From contig OX638150.1 of assembly GCA_951804945.1 (NCBI GenBank), positions 82,956,001 through 83,020,000 of the forward strand: a stretch of 64,000 nt of DNA, read 5' to 3'. The notes under the pieces are model-generated. The model did no database searches, had not been told where the DNA came from, and saw nothing but the letters and a program-made list of their open reading frames with translations. This document shows, piece by piece, positions 13,501-28,300 of the stretch (positions within the stretch are counted from its first letter, which is position 1; the number at the start of each line of letters is the position of its first letter). Both the position numbers and the translations under genes were made by a program. Source of the stretch: Podarcis cretensis. Taxonomy: Eukaryota.

Positions 13501-14550
13501 AGTTCTTATTATATTACATGCACAGCATCCTGAAGCCCCCCATGCTGGAGTGCCTGGTCTCTTGTGAGCCTGTAGAATTTGACTATTCTACTATGTTAAA
13601 TGCTGAACTGGTCCTTTGAATAATTTTTTTTTTAAAAAAAATCTGGTGTTATAATAACCTCAAAAGGAGAGTCAGAATATAAAACCCAAAGTTCTATTTC
13701 TCAACAAAAAACCCACACTTCCTCCCCCTCCCTCCCAAAATCATTATCTCTTAAGAAGTTTCCTTCCATTTAAATTCTGTGCATATCATTTACAATTAGG
13801 AAATGTAGATGTCTCATGAAATGTAAAAATACCCCTTTGCAATAGCACTTAAAAAGAAATGGCAATGTGTTTACCTTTAAAAAATAAAGCAAATGGGAGT
13901 GGGAGAATCTGGACTTCGTTACTGGGTTTAATCTAATTATTCTTGCATTTCAAAGGACAAACACACACCCTTCTATTTGGAGTAGGAATGCTGCAGATCT
14001 TAAAAATAAATTCTATTATATACACACACACAAAGGAGGAGTTGGTATTAACATTGACAGAAACAAACGGTGGGTTGGGGACTTTTCGTATTAGAATTTC
14101 AGGCAAGACAACGTGCACTAACCTCGTGATATACACTTGTTGTAAAAGGCAGAACTTTTGGGCCAGTTCGCACAACATGATTTGCAGGCACAAATCTTGT
14201 AAATGATCTCTGGCCATATCCCTGAGAGCTGCACCGACATGTTGGCCAGGGGCTGGGGAGCTCCCTTCCCACACAATACATCACATACTGCCTGAGCACA
14301 GTGCTTGGAAGTCTTTGGGCAAGCCAAAGCAGGAGGCTGTCACCCTGTGTGGAGAGCATGTCTTCCAAGCGTAGTGTGAAATGTTTCTAGAGTTGGTCGT
14401 GTTAGAAGGGGAGCATTCGAAACCATTCTTTACAAATAAAACCAAGAACACAATCCTTTATGAATGAGGTTTGGGGATTGTCCCTCCATCTGCCTTTCGT
14501 CAATCCCTGCTTCTGCTGTGAACTGTGCCCTCTGTCCAAGAAATAGAAAC

Positions 14551-14590
<40 letters not shown>

Positions 14591-14654
14591 TCTATCTTGT
14601 GTAGAATTTGTAATATCCAGGCCAAAGGTATTCAGATTTCCCTTGCCTTGGTTT

Positions 14655-14706
<52 letters not shown>

Positions 14707-17700
14707 GCTTCTTGCTTGCTTCAAATCGCTTATCTGGGGGAACCATTTGCTTTCTCAGCCCATCCAGGAAAAGGGTTTCCCCAGAAACTGCACTCCCACT
14801 TTTTGGAGTTTTGAGCACTGGTGCTTGCTTACTGTTGGGTGGATGATGAAGATCAGACTAGAATTAGCTGATTCCACCTGACACTGGTTCTCACTCTTCC
14901 TACTGTTGGGCTTCTTGCTTTTCACCTCACCAGCTACCACTGTTGTCTCAGCTGGGGGGAAACAGCCCTTCCTCCAGTGGTAAATGGAAGGGTAAGAGAC
15001 ATCCATGGAACAAAGGGAGGTTTTTTTGATGGATTAGTTTGCACTCTCCACTAGCCTCCTGTCTCACCTCTGCCTTCCTTTTCTGTGTTGCCATACATAT
15101 CCATCTATGTACCAAGTGTGAGGTTCAGGAAGAAGACTTGATCCCACCTTCCCACAGTTCTCTTATGCATGCCTAGAATTCTGGACCCTTACTTTATAAA
15201 ACTTTGCACTTGGTTTGCTCTTCTACTTTATTATAATCCTGTCTAGAACTAGCTTATTAAACACCTTCAGCTATGTTGTACAATAACTCCTAGGAATAAT
15301 AGAATTAATAAGCCAGGAATATATAGCAATGTCAAGGATGGCTAAATTTTATATTACATTAATCTTTGGGAAGAAATTCTCTGATTTGGTCACCAACTCA
15401 TAGTTAACAAGTTCCATTAGGAAAAGTGACTCAGCTCTGCTCACCCATTTATGTAAAGAGAAACATTCAGAAAGCTTGATGCAATGTCTGGAAGACTTGC
15501 TCTGTTTTTTTAAATTTCAATTGCTTCTGCTTTGTGGCTTCCACTTCTTACATAATATGTTAATGTTTTCCCTAACATAACAATTAGACTTAAACTGGAA
15601 CGTTTCAGGAAGGCAACCACGTTAACCTTATGGTATCTTAAAGACTAACAGATTTATGGTGCAATAGATAACTTACTGTGGACTAGAGACCACTTTTTTC
15701 AGATGCTTGAAGCATCTTCTGTTGACCAGGTATAAAGGATAGGAATGGAATGCCTCTTGAAATCAGTAGCAAAGTGTTGTGGAAGATGGACATATTACCT
15801 CACTGATTTTCTGAAAGTTTTTCTGCTTCCCTGGAAGCCATCGTATTCATAGTTGACATGGAGAAGCACGTCTCAGTTCCTGTCCTTAAAGGCCTAAGTT
15901 ATCTTTGTCTGAGATAACTCAAGGGCATCTAAGGCTGCAGCCAACCTCTGGGGCTGGAGAACAGTGTGTCTTAATGGAGCGGCAGTCCTTCAGCTCATGC
16001 TGGCTGAGGTGGAAGACTGGAAGGAGGCAGGTATATCACTTCGCTAACCTGAAAACTGCCAGTAACACTTCTGCCCACTTACACATTGGGCTGGTGGAAT
16101 GGAGAATTCTGTATAGGCAGCACTCCCCAAGCAGAGGCTGGCACAGCTAGGTGGAGGGACACCCTGCCTGATGCAAGGGGGATTCTGTTTGCAACATAAA
16201 TAATCTACACCAGCCAGTGCTGGATTTATGTATAAGCTAAACAAGCTATAGCTTAGGGCCCCACTCTCTTGGGGCAGTGGAGTTAAAAGTATTTCACTAT
16301 TAATATACTTCTTAATTGTATTTCAGTTCAACAATTACTTTGAGGAAATACATATTTTGTTAGGTGCAAATGGCTTTAGATACCTATTAGGTCCATAAAT
16401 TACCCTATAGCATATATTCAACAAAAAACAGCGACAATTTGTTGTTGACAAAGGACAGCTGGACATATAAAGGGCCCCATTACCTTCAGTAGCTTAGGTC
16501 CTCATCAAACCTAAATCCGGCCCTGACACCCGCCTCCGCCAATCTGGTGCCCTCCAGATGTTGTTGGATGACAGTTCCCATAACCTTCTCTGCAGTATTA
16601 TCTGTCCTGGCTGCTACTTCTGATTTCTTGCTCTTCTTCACTCTTTTTGTATGTTTGCCAGCTTCATTTCTATACACTAATCTCAAACTACCTTCCAACA
16701 CTATAAGCCAGCCGGAAAGGCAATATAGTTCACTACATTTCTGTTTCCTATATTAACTAGGTTTCTTCTTCCTTCCCACTCTTAAGTTTCAGTTTCTTGA
16801 GTTTGTATTTTCCATGATATTTTGCATCCCTGGCAAGAACAACCTTTAAACAGAAAGTAACCATTTTATAACTTAAAAAGCAAATGCATAATGTCTGAAC
16901 AGTTTCGTTCATGTTGGACATTCCTTTCACAATGTGCTTTCCAGTTCAAAAAATAGTGATATTTGGCAGCTGTAAAAACATTCAATCTGATGCATTAACC
17001 ATTTAACATTTTGTCCTACTTCTCTGTTTATACAAATTATTAATAAATATGTTGTTTGAACCCATGGGACTCCTTTACTAACTACGTTAAGACTCTTGTC
17101 TTCAGAAGCTAGCTAATTTCCACTTGGTTTATTACCTTTTAAAAGTATTTTATTTTAGATTTAAACTTACACGTGCTTATGATTACATTATTTCACGATA
17201 ACAGAATTCCTATGGATTCCAGTGGAACATACCAATTAAAGCATTTGTTTGTTTAGGCATTTGTTGACTGTCCAGGAACAACATTTCTTGGGTGGTTCAC
17301 CACCTTCAAAGAGAAAACAACACCCTCCAGCTTCCATCATGTCTTGGCCTTGTTTTTTGCCTAATTATATCAAAGAGCCATTTAATAAAATGGCTATGAA
17401 AGAATTTCAAAAGTGAATAGTTGGATTCAGAATTAAGCGTACATAACAATGCTGGCGGCAGCAGACGTGCCTGCTTTCTCCTCTGCATTGCAGCCTCCTC
17501 AAAAATGGTCCATCAAGGTTTGGGGGACCCTGCTGAATGGATAGGCTGCAGCATGGGCAGATGGGTGATTCCCCCCCCCCCAATCAGGCAAAGGCAACCC
17601 CAGAGAGTGGGAGCTCTGCTTGTGAAATACACTTTTGCCCAGTTTTTCAGGATCCTTCCTTCACCCTCAGCCCTCCCCATGCCACAGTTCACCCTATTTC

Positions 17701-20700
17701 ACAGGGAGGAGGTGTGGAGAAATCAGTTCCACCAGCCCCATTATAGATGCTTAATTCTGGAGTCAGCCAATAATTTCTATTCAATCCCTACCTGTCAATC
17801 AGGTGCTTTAGCTAAATATGCATTCTGCTAAATGTTTGGTGTTTTGCTCTTGACTTTCTAAAATACTTTGAGGTGTGGCGTTCTCTCAGTGGCAGTGGAC
17901 TGCTTGAACAATTGTTTCTCCCTGGGGGAATGGCAGCGTGTTTTGAAAGCTCTTTGTATCTGTAAACTATCCATGCCAATATACATTTGTAAGATGGCAA
18001 AACTCTGCATCCACCAAAAGTGCTGTGCTCCAGGACACTGTGGGCACACACCTGAGTGCATAACCCACATGCTTCCTGGCATTACACCCTGGAAACCTCA
18101 GCCATACTGTCTGGACCCATTGTTGTGCTCCTACAAGTGATGTCTCTGTGGCTGGGAGGGAACATTTCAACATCCCCTGGCTAGAGGGGATTGAGGGATG
18201 TGTGGGAATTGTGTGGGAGGGAAGATCCAGAGAGAATTTTTTTTTTTAATTCCAAACATATGCTTGCCCCCAACCACAATTTAGTGCATGTGTGTGTGTG
18301 TGTGACTTAATTCTGTATATCCTGTCACCGTGTTAATCTGCCACTTAATGTGCTTTCTAAATAAATAGTATATTGAGTAGTAATCCATATAAAGCAATTC
18401 TTTATATGTGTACTTTGTTCATAAGAATACATGAAAGGCTATCGTATATTAACTATTAATGCCTCAACTCCCACTGACTGGCAAAACCACATGATACCAG
18501 CTTTACAGGTAAAAAACTTGGAGATATGAACTTTGAGATATGAGGAATCATATAAAGACTTAGTTTTATATTCTTCCAGGAACAGTTTCGCAAACAGTCA
18601 AAATTGTCCATCACAAATCTACCGGGGGTGGGGGAAAATATGTCCCCGTTTTTCTAGTCACAATCTTAATATGTGGTTGCCATATGTTTGGTGACAACAT
18701 AGAATTTGATTGTTTCCCAATGCTGGGGCTGAATTTGGCCATGGGAAAGCAGGAGGTAGAAGACTGGCTCAGCCACCGAATAGCACTGTTTTTTCGCTAA
18801 CAGGGAATTTGCCTGTCATCTGTGTTTGCATGAGCTATATGCAGTCTGTGAGCCAGGAGTTCACGGAGGTCAGCAGCATTGTCGTACATGATCTTTAACA
18901 TAGCTGCAATGCATTGGAGATTGTGGAAATGACTATGGCTGAGAGCCATAAGCTCTCAACTCACTTCTTACCAAGCTGGCATGAAAGCCATGTAAGAAGC
19001 AGCCCAGTGGAGTGTAGGTATTAGCCCAAAGGCTACCGTCATCTACTACCATCAGAGTGTTCGTCCTGCAAAAAGTTGTGGACAATGCAGTAAATTGGAT
19101 CCCACGAGAAGTGGAAATGTAAAGAAAATTAAGGGAGATTTGTCTGAATACAAAAATATTCAATACATATCCAACAGATGAGTAAAAGATTACAGTAATA
19201 GATTTCTCTTTCTTTAAATGAAAGATGATTTCAACCACACCTTCCGATAGGCACATGATTTGGACTGAGCCTCACTCAGATGCACTAAAAAGCAATGCAA
19301 TGCAGGTTGCAATGGGCTCTTAAACATCATTTCCATTAATCAGAAGATAACTTCTTTGGATGCTTTCATAGCTATGATTTGATAATGGTCCCATCTCATA
19401 TTGCTCTGTATTAATATCTCTTCTTATTTTTTAAATGTAGCTTGCAGACGATCAGGGATTGGTTTTGATGACCACTGTTGCCATGCCAGTATTTAGTAAG
19501 CAAAATGAGACTGTAAGTACTCACGCCATACACCAGCCATGTGCTACAAAATCAGCACAAATGTGAACGTCTTGATGAAGCTATGCATTTCTCGACTGTT
19601 GGTATCCTCTACCTTCTCCCCATAAATGTGTACTTGGTGTTAAAATAAATGCCATACAACATACTTAGCAGCAAAGAACTGAAAAGTAAACTTTCAGTGG
19701 TTCTTGAAATAAAACGCCTTGTCCCTTTTTAAGAAGAAGCACACATTAAAAATACAAATATCAAGGTTTTAAATACTGTTTAGCATAGTGGGGTGTTTTG
19801 GACATCAAATAGGATGCAATCCAGGTAAAGCTAAATTTTATTTATTTATGCTTGGAAGCTATTGGTTTCAATAGGATCTAAGCACCCCAATCTTTCCCTG
19901 AATTGTTCAGATTTGCCATGCTATTGTATTGGGCGCACCGCAGCCTACTGTTCAAGGTGGAATAGATCACAGGTAGGAAAAAGGTAACACGTGTGCACCT
20001 GTAACCAATATTACCATAGAAATTCCCTGAAACAACATGTGCACATGTTTGTGCATAAGATACTGTACATCTGTGCACACAGACACAAACATGTGTGCTT
20101 TTGCTGTCACTGTGGTTTTTCTGATTGGAGCAAATGTCTGTAATTATTCTTTTCTTAGACTAGTGCTAGTGTATATATCCATAAATATTTCTACTATATT
20201 TCTATAATAGGGATCTGGGGTTTTAAAAATCTATTTCCATTTTATATTTGCATTTACCTTGCCCTTCATATTTAATTCTTGCCTCCTGGGCTTCGCAAAC
20301 TATTTGAAACAGAAGATAAATTGCATTTTTCTATGCCATATTTTGTCTGGATGGGGCTTCCTGAGTCAGAATGTTTAATTGAAAGCATCCTTATCAGCTG
20401 CAACTTTGCACACAACCTTTGATTTTATTTCTAGGGTAGGGGAAAGAAGACATCTATTGATTTTGTTTGTGTGCGTATTCAGCCAGATTAGCTGCAGCCA
20501 CCCATAATACCTTGTCAAATAGTTGGAAGAATTAGCTAGTTATCGGCAGTGCTCAGTGCAGTTTTAATCCATATGGGAAATACTTATTGACTGAATTACT
20601 GTGCTCTAACTGTAATTGTTTGTTCCAACTAATCTGCATTTTTTCCAAACAATCTTTTAAAATAGAGATCGAAAGGCATTCTTTTGGGAGTTGTGGGCAC

Positions 20701-22280
20701 AGATGTTCCAGTGAAAGAACTTCTAAAGACTATTCCAAAATACAAGGTAAATAACATTTTGATTACCAGTTCATTGTATTGAATTAGAAGTAAATTACAT
20801 TTATATGCTACAAAATATCTATTGAATCTGGATATGCTTTTTGGCAAATGAGCAGCGTCTTCTGCAAGGGAAGGGTCTTTTCTTAATGTAACACACAACC
20901 ATTGTGCAAGCAAAGAGAAGTGAAATCCAACTGTGTGGTTCTGTAGCGCAAGTTCTTGTGCAATCTCTTTCACAAGGCCTTGTACAACATTTGACAGGCA
21001 TTGCTCCAAGTGTTGCACACCATTCCAAGATGTGTTCATGCTATAAATCATGGTACTGAGCCTTCTGTTATTTGCAGAATATTGTCAGTGCTATCATTTC
21101 TTCAATGGGTGTAGCTCTAGAGGGGGATCCAACCCATATTATTCAAACAAATTATTTATTGGGTGTGCTTCTTATGTATAATAAAGCCAGTCTAGGTAAG
21201 CTTTCTTCACAGATCATTCCCCCCAAAATGGAATCCCAGATCTCTTAATACCTTAGATATTACTCAGTAATGTACTATCCCTTTTTCAGAAATGGCTACA
21301 TTTTCCAAATCCTTTAAAAAGAAGTGTGTTGTTGTTTTTAAGAAACCCTTCAAAACTTTGCTAAGCATATTCCTCAAGCTCCTGCATGATCATAATAATA
21401 ACTTACAAGCCCCAGACCTCGCTTTCTGGAAACATCAATTTGCTGCACCACGTGGATGTAAGAGCGAAACAGAACCAAATCCTTTTAGTGCTGCTTCCGC
21501 TGTAGGGCACTGCCCAGTTGTGTGGCTACCACTGCTCAGGAACAACCAGTGCTGCCAGTGGAGCTTAGGAAGCAAAACCAGGCAGCAGACTGTAGGGAAA
21601 ACTCTTAGGAAAGATACTTAAGTTTGCTATGAAGGAAGGTTAGTTGACAGGGCTGGGAAGGAATTTCGCACACATTCACAACTGGTGTGGGTCTTTGACC
21701 TTCCTCGTAGCAACATTTGTGTTCTGATGGTTGTTGTTCATTATTTTATATTTCACCACAACTCATTATTGCAGGTGGAGAGGCATTGGGTTGAATCCAG
21801 AGCAGGGATGAGCACCTCTCTTCCCTCTGGGAGATCCCCTTAAGGGATCCTGGGTGGTGCTTCAAGGCCTCAGGGAGGTAGCACACATACTGCATTCCAG
21901 GCTGTATGATAGGATCATGGTATTAGTGCACACAGTGGTTGGCCTGCAAGTCATGCAACTTCCACCAACAGCTGCCTGATAACTAGATGCCATCCCATGC
22001 CACACCAAAACTCAGTGAGCTGTAGCCAATAAAGTTGTGGCCTAATATAACCCACACAAGCCTATGTGTGGCTTTTCCTGTCCCACATTCCACACTACAG
22101 GCTGCACAATATATCACTGACTTCCTCTTGCTTAGCCAAGCTTCAAGAATGACATAAGATATTGGGCAAATGAGAATTTTAGATTCAAGTGGTTGCTATG
22201 CAACTAATGCACTCCTTTGCTTGTAAAACTATAAGCAAATATACAAGAGGACAATACAGCAACACCCACATGCGCACACA

Positions 22281-22338
<58 letters not shown>

Positions 22339-25300
22339 TTAATTGTTGATTTAAGCAGTTCTTCATAGATTCCAAAAAAAGCTTGAGTTTCTCAAACACA
22401 TTTTTTATCTTCTGTAAGATTTGTGGCTATCTATCTTACTGGAGTTAGAATTTGGGTATGCAATTACAATTATTGCCCAAGGTTCTGAATTAGCTACAAA
22501 GCAGTCTTGAGGAGAAATTCTCATATGTGATTTGGTATCTTCAAGGTTTGCTGAGGTGAATAGTAAGATCTAAGGCAGCACATTACTAGTTTGGGTTCAA
22601 ACTGTAGCTAAATAAGGACAGGGCTTTGGCAGTAATAGTAAATTCTTGCATCACAATTTTAAGTCTACCAATGTACCTTGTGCAATATAGTTGATAATAT
22701 ATGTGCCAAAAAGTACAGTACCAGTTTCAAGTGCACTGGACTGGAGTCCCTTTTCATTGTCCTTAGCCATTTCCTTCAAAGCAATCTGTACCTGATTATG
22801 CACCACATTGTATTAGAAATGACCTCAGTTGATAATTTTCTGTGTGTGTGTGTGTGTCTGTGTGTGTGTGCAAGTACAAGTGCACACACGCGATGAGGGC
22901 TGTTCAAGGGCAGGTCAGCCGTCAACCTCTTTGTACCATCAAAGCTGTGGCTCTTGAATTATGCTGATTCCCTCTTCAACTATAGTCCCTCATGCCCCAT
23001 AGCACACCATTTCCCTGACCTTCAAGAGCAGCTTTTCAGAGCCATGGGAGAAATGGGAAAGCGAGGGGATGGAGAGGAGAGAAAAGCCCTATTTTGTAAG
23101 CAGAAACCTGTTTATGCTTCGCTGGATCCATCCCACCATTTCCCTGGTGGTATATAAGATTGATCCTTACTTTAGAATGAACCTTATCTGAAGAGAGTGG
23201 CCTTTCATATAAAGTAATGTGACCTTTAAGCTAGAGAATGTCTTGAGAACAGTCACAATTGATTAAGAGATGATTTGGGCAATTTTAGAAATAAGTTGTA
23301 TTATGCACTGCAAAACACACACACACCCAACCCAGCAGGTTTAAAACTATTTCCGTATTTGATCTGCCTTCCCAGCGGTAAAGCTGTGTTGTACAGAACA
23401 TCTGCCAAAGCTATCAGCAGCGGGGTTTTTTCACTAGGGGACATTTTAATGACTAGACATCAGTGATTTGAAGATACATTTATTGCAATCAATGAGGGCA
23501 GTCAGCTGTGTAACAGAAGCATTGTCAAAAGGGGTAGGATTGCTATTGAAATAAGTGCAGTTCTAAATTTGATTATGCATGTACTTTCAGGCCTAATACA
23601 ACACTACATTGCTCTCAGATTACTTCCAATATATCTCTGAGGTTTGAAAGTGGAAATTGTATGAGCCTCTGAATTAGAAATAGTCCTTTTTTATGCATAT
23701 AGTATTATGTCCATCTATTATTATTTTTTTACTCTCTTGATCACAGACAGTAAGGTGCCTAGGTCCAATTACCAGAGTCTCCTATTGCCTTTCAGTACTG
23801 AAGTGGTTTAAACCAAATCAAGGTTTTTCCTTATCTTGAATAAGTTTAAAACAACAACTTCCATTTTCCATGGAAAATAAAGAGCAGCACATCTTCTGCA
23901 CTTGCTAATTATGTTTTAGGTTCCTCCTTTCTGATAGATCATATTGCTCAGCTAACTTGGAGTAAAGGAAGCAGGGATGCTTCATTTTTCTCTTCCCTTC
24001 TGTAAAGCCAAAGTTCTGCTGCCAGTAGAACTGGAGAAGGGGTAACGTTTGCCCTGCCAAAACCCTGGGGTGTAAATGGTAAGCATCATAGCCCAAATCC
24101 AGGATATTTTAATTTAAAAATCTGAGGAGCCCTGAGCAGGCATATTTGAAACTCCTTCCCTCATTTTAATTTAGTAAGACAGCTGGATTTCTCGCAAAGC
24201 ACAACAATTGAGATTTCACATTGAGCTCAGTCATAAGCTCTGTCAGTGACAGCTGTGCCAGTTTCTGGGAAGACTGTATTTGGGGGGCTTTCTCGTCCAA
24301 AGGAACCACAGAAACTAAAATAAACAAGACTTGCTTCCATATATTCTAAGGATGGTCGTGGAGATTGGGGGGCAACTAGAGCCTTCTTAAGCATCTTCTT
24401 GCAGTTTTTCCTGGCATGGGATTCTATAAGTGATAGGTGTCTACTTGTAACAGGGAAATCCATCATATAATAATTTTACTTTTACCTATTCCAACATATG
24501 TGTCTATTCAGGAGTAAGCCCCAATGAGTTCAGTAGGACTTACTCCCAGATGAGTGTGTATAGGGTAGTGGATTAGGTGAAGTCCAAGTTATACTGCTGG
24601 CTTAATAAATAAATAAATAAATAAAAAGGCAACGAGTGAAATACTAACATTTGACAATAGTGGGTTGCCATACTGATCAATATGTGTTTTAGTTTAAAGG
24701 GATGGGACCAAGAGAGAGAGGTGTGGCTAGAGGAGGAAAAGAAGGGGCCAAGAGCCCCACTGTGCCTAAGGAGCCCTGGAAGCCATCCCACAGCCACTAC
24801 TGGCAGCACTAAATGTGTTAGGTTAATGTGTATATATCTGTTTATTTCCCCTAAAATACAGAAGAGAGTGAGAAAAGATGCATGCATGCAATGAGGTGGA
24901 TATTGTAGCTCTGTTGTTTCCTGCAGGGATGTGGAACCTCAGGCCCGGGAGCCAAATTCAGTTCTCCAAGCCTCTCTGTCTGGCCCTTCAGTTTGTCCCC
25001 ATGCCACACACCTCACCAGCCCCTCTTTGCATCCTCCCTGAGTGTCCTTGAATTCTGGTAATGCTCTTGCTGCCTGGACGGCAGATAGAGCAGGCTGTGA
25101 AAATGTGTCTAGAAAAAACCATCCTGAGATCTGTGGATTAAGGGCAGTATACAAATTCAATAATAAAAATAGTAGTAGGACAGTCGTACCTTGGATCCCG
25201 AAGGCCTTGCATGTAAAACGTTTTGGCTCCTGAACACCACCAACCCGGAAGTGAGTGTTCTGGTTTGCGAACACTGTTTGGAACCCGAAAGTCCGATGCG

Positions 25301-28300
25301 ACTTCCACGGCTTCTGATTGGCTGCAGGAGCTTCCTGCAGCCAATCGGAAGCTGTGGCTTGGTTTCCGAACATTTTGGAAGTCGAACGGACTTCCGGAAC
25401 GGATTCTGTTCAACTTCCGAGGTTCCACTGTAGTAGTAGTAGAATTTGCCTTTTATCTTTTGCTTCTAGCCTGCCCATCATTGTTACGTGACACCCCAAG
25501 AAGGTTGCCCAGAGCTCCCCACCCCTAATATACTGAAGTCCCCACAGCTATAGGGATTTTTTTTACTAGATGTTAAAGAAAAGGGACTTCACTTGAATTT
25601 GAGCAAAATGCTTTATTGCTAAAGGCTTATAACTGCCAAGTTTGAGGTGCACAATGCACCAGGAAATTTTCCTGAAAACCCACTACTGAAATGTATTTCT
25701 GTGCGGTTCACATTTTTTAGATGGGTCTTGTGCCAGAAGACTTCCTGACGGTTTGTGTTCCAAAAGTTTACCTGCTCTGTAGGCCCTATTTATTCAGGTT
25801 CTTTTCTTTCCTATATCCTTACAGTTAGGTATTCATGGATATGCATTCGCAGTCACGAACAATGGATACATTCTGACTCATCCAGAACTCAGGCCTCTGG
25901 TAAGATAAAAAATATGTTGACTGATTTTATACATGCCGAGATAGATATGTTTACATTTTCTTCTTCTTCTTAAGATATACAGAATTAAAGAGCAGAGTGT
26001 AATGGTTCACAAGGACGACTACTAAAAAGACTACTATTTAAACTTAAATACTGCAGACATTTTTCCCTCTAGAAGCTCCAATGCAAATAATAACATAAGC
26101 CTTTTGGTGATACAGAAATGCACAGGTTGTATGGTGAGAGACCCAAACCCCTGTAAGTGCAAGGCAAAGCCATAAATTGCTGCAATTATGTACACTTACA
26201 TTAAAGTGGAATTCTGTGTTCCTAAGTAATAGCCCCTATTTGTCATGTTTAAGTGGACTAAAATTTCTAAAACTGTGTGGATATTGTATGCAAGCTCCTT
26301 CTCTTCTTTATCTTCACTTGAAGGATTATTCCCCCAATTACTCTTTTTTAAAAAAGTGAAAATTCATTTCCATTACCCTTTTTGCCTTCTTTTAATTAAC
26401 CAAAGTCAGAAAGAAGTTTGATGTGCCTGTTATATAAAAGTTTATTGAATGATAGCATAGGCTGTAGCTTCATTTTTTTGGTTTTATAGGAACACTTTAA
26501 GAGTTTCATCACCATTGAATCTAACTAAAGGAGTGGCATTAGTGAATTCACTATAATATAATATAATATGGATGCCATTTCTCAGGTAGGCACTTAATGT
26601 AATTATCAGAATTCAACAATATATAAGCAGAAAGCAGCAATATATCTCAGAGGGGTATTTGCATATTTAAAAAATCAGGATTATTGTACATAAGGATTGA
26701 TGGAGTCATAATTGGAGCTTTCACAAACATTTATCCCTCTAACGTTTGGATTAGGCATTACACTTGGTTAATATTTACATTTGAGTGGTTTTGATGAGAA
26801 GATGAAATGAAATTGTCAGAACACCAACGTTTTCCTGGCTGTTCCTCCTTCCACCCCCAAGAAGTTTTTTTTTTAAAAAAAATAGAACAGTGCAAAAAGG
26901 CAGTGGAATTACTTTTTGGGTATAAACTGATTCATTCTAAATTTAGACAAATTATCCTACCTATAAAAACTGCTTAGTATTTTGGGATGGGAGCAGCAGT
27001 GTAAAGCTGGGGGTAGCAGCAGATGTGATGTTAGTCATGCTATTAGCAATTATGTGAATTGCTTCTCAAAGTGAACTGCAGGCATGAGCAGAGCAAATCG
27101 GGAGCAGGATCCTGGTGTGGGGTGTCCCTGCTGTGGTCTCCGTCTAGATCAGGCCCCCTGCACCGGCTGATTGCAATGTGAGGGAAACTCCCTTTTGTTT
27201 TAATTGCAAATAGCAGGTGTTGTGATCCCAAATCAGAACTGCAACAGGACACAGTCTGCCTCTTGTGTCTGCCTCCTGTGCCGGGGCTGTAGTCACTCCC
27301 AGCACCTGCAATTTGCTTTTAGATTTCAAAACACTCATTTGCTAATTGCTTGAATGGAGCCTTCCTTAGTTTATCATTCAGTCTTCTAATGGGGTGGGGC
27401 TTTGCTTCAGACTCCCCTCCCCCAACATGTAGATGGCGGGGGGGGGGGTCAGAACCAGCAAGCATAACCTTGTTCTCTCCTGGTGTGATTACAATCGTTC
27501 AAGAGAAGAATGGCTGAAACAGTCTTATGCATTTTCTATTTAATTCTCTCTCCCATCCCTCCCCCGCCCCCCCAAATACCAACCCATGAGGTAGATCAGT
27601 GTGGGTTTTCATTTTAAAAATGGGGAACAAATTCCAGGAGGCAGTGGGTTCGTTGCTGTCAGGGAATCTGTAAAAGGGAATAAGAAACCCAGAATCTCCC
27701 AGATCCAACACAGTGGCTGCAATGGATATTGTACAAAGCTAATCTGGAAGTGGTGGGTTGAATCCAGCGCCCCATGTGTGAAGTTCCACTCACATAATGA
27801 GATTTCCCCTTATGCATGGAAGGGGCTGCAAGGAAGAGAAGTGTGGTGCTAGCAGAGCAACAGCAGTGGATGCTCTTCAGTTCTTAGATTAGCTGCTGAG
27901 TAACTGTCCTTTTCAGCTGGGCACCCTTGTTCAGAATTGTATGCAGAGTGTAAATGTTATGTTCAGTCGTATATGTAACCCTGGTTCCGGGTGGGGGGAG
28001 GGTACAAGAGACAAACCTGTTTGTGTGCATACATATTGTCTGGTGTGTCCCCCCACCCCTCAGAAACAAAACAAAAAAAAGTTACCATGTACCACTAATA
28101 TGTGGCCAAGATATAATCAGTACACTTAGTTTTGTCATTAGTACAGCTTTTAAAAAAGAGTTTGTGAATAACTCTTTAAAATGTCATTTGGGTAAACAGG
28201 ATTTCTTACAACCTGTATAGTATCCTTCCCCACCTTTTCTACATTAACAAGTTATAGAAAATATGGACAAATATCTCACCATGCCTTGTTCTCAGCAGTG

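Noticed and set aside
13933-14368. Overlapping Cys-rich ORFs, with all three minus-strand frames open over ~14118-14274
   Set aside because: No recognisable domain, signal peptide or defensin/toxin Cys spacing, and no consistent splice structure; compatible with chance.
14402-14881. ORFs with poly-N, poly-I, (ER)n and (SL)n tracts (also 28781-29227 and 31069-31419)
   Set aside because: These are translations of microsatellites.
17812-18173. Cluster of Cys-rich ORFs on both strands
   Set aside because: No recognisable homology; TG/CA-rich composition explains the Cys content.
24490-24570. Short hairpin-like gagtaagcccc…gacttactc elements (similar at ~590-650, ~9160-9245, ~11610-11700, ~46790-46830) as miRNA precursors
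   Set aside because: Recurrent degenerate copies suggest an old palindromic repeat family; stems are too imperfect to call ncRNA genes.
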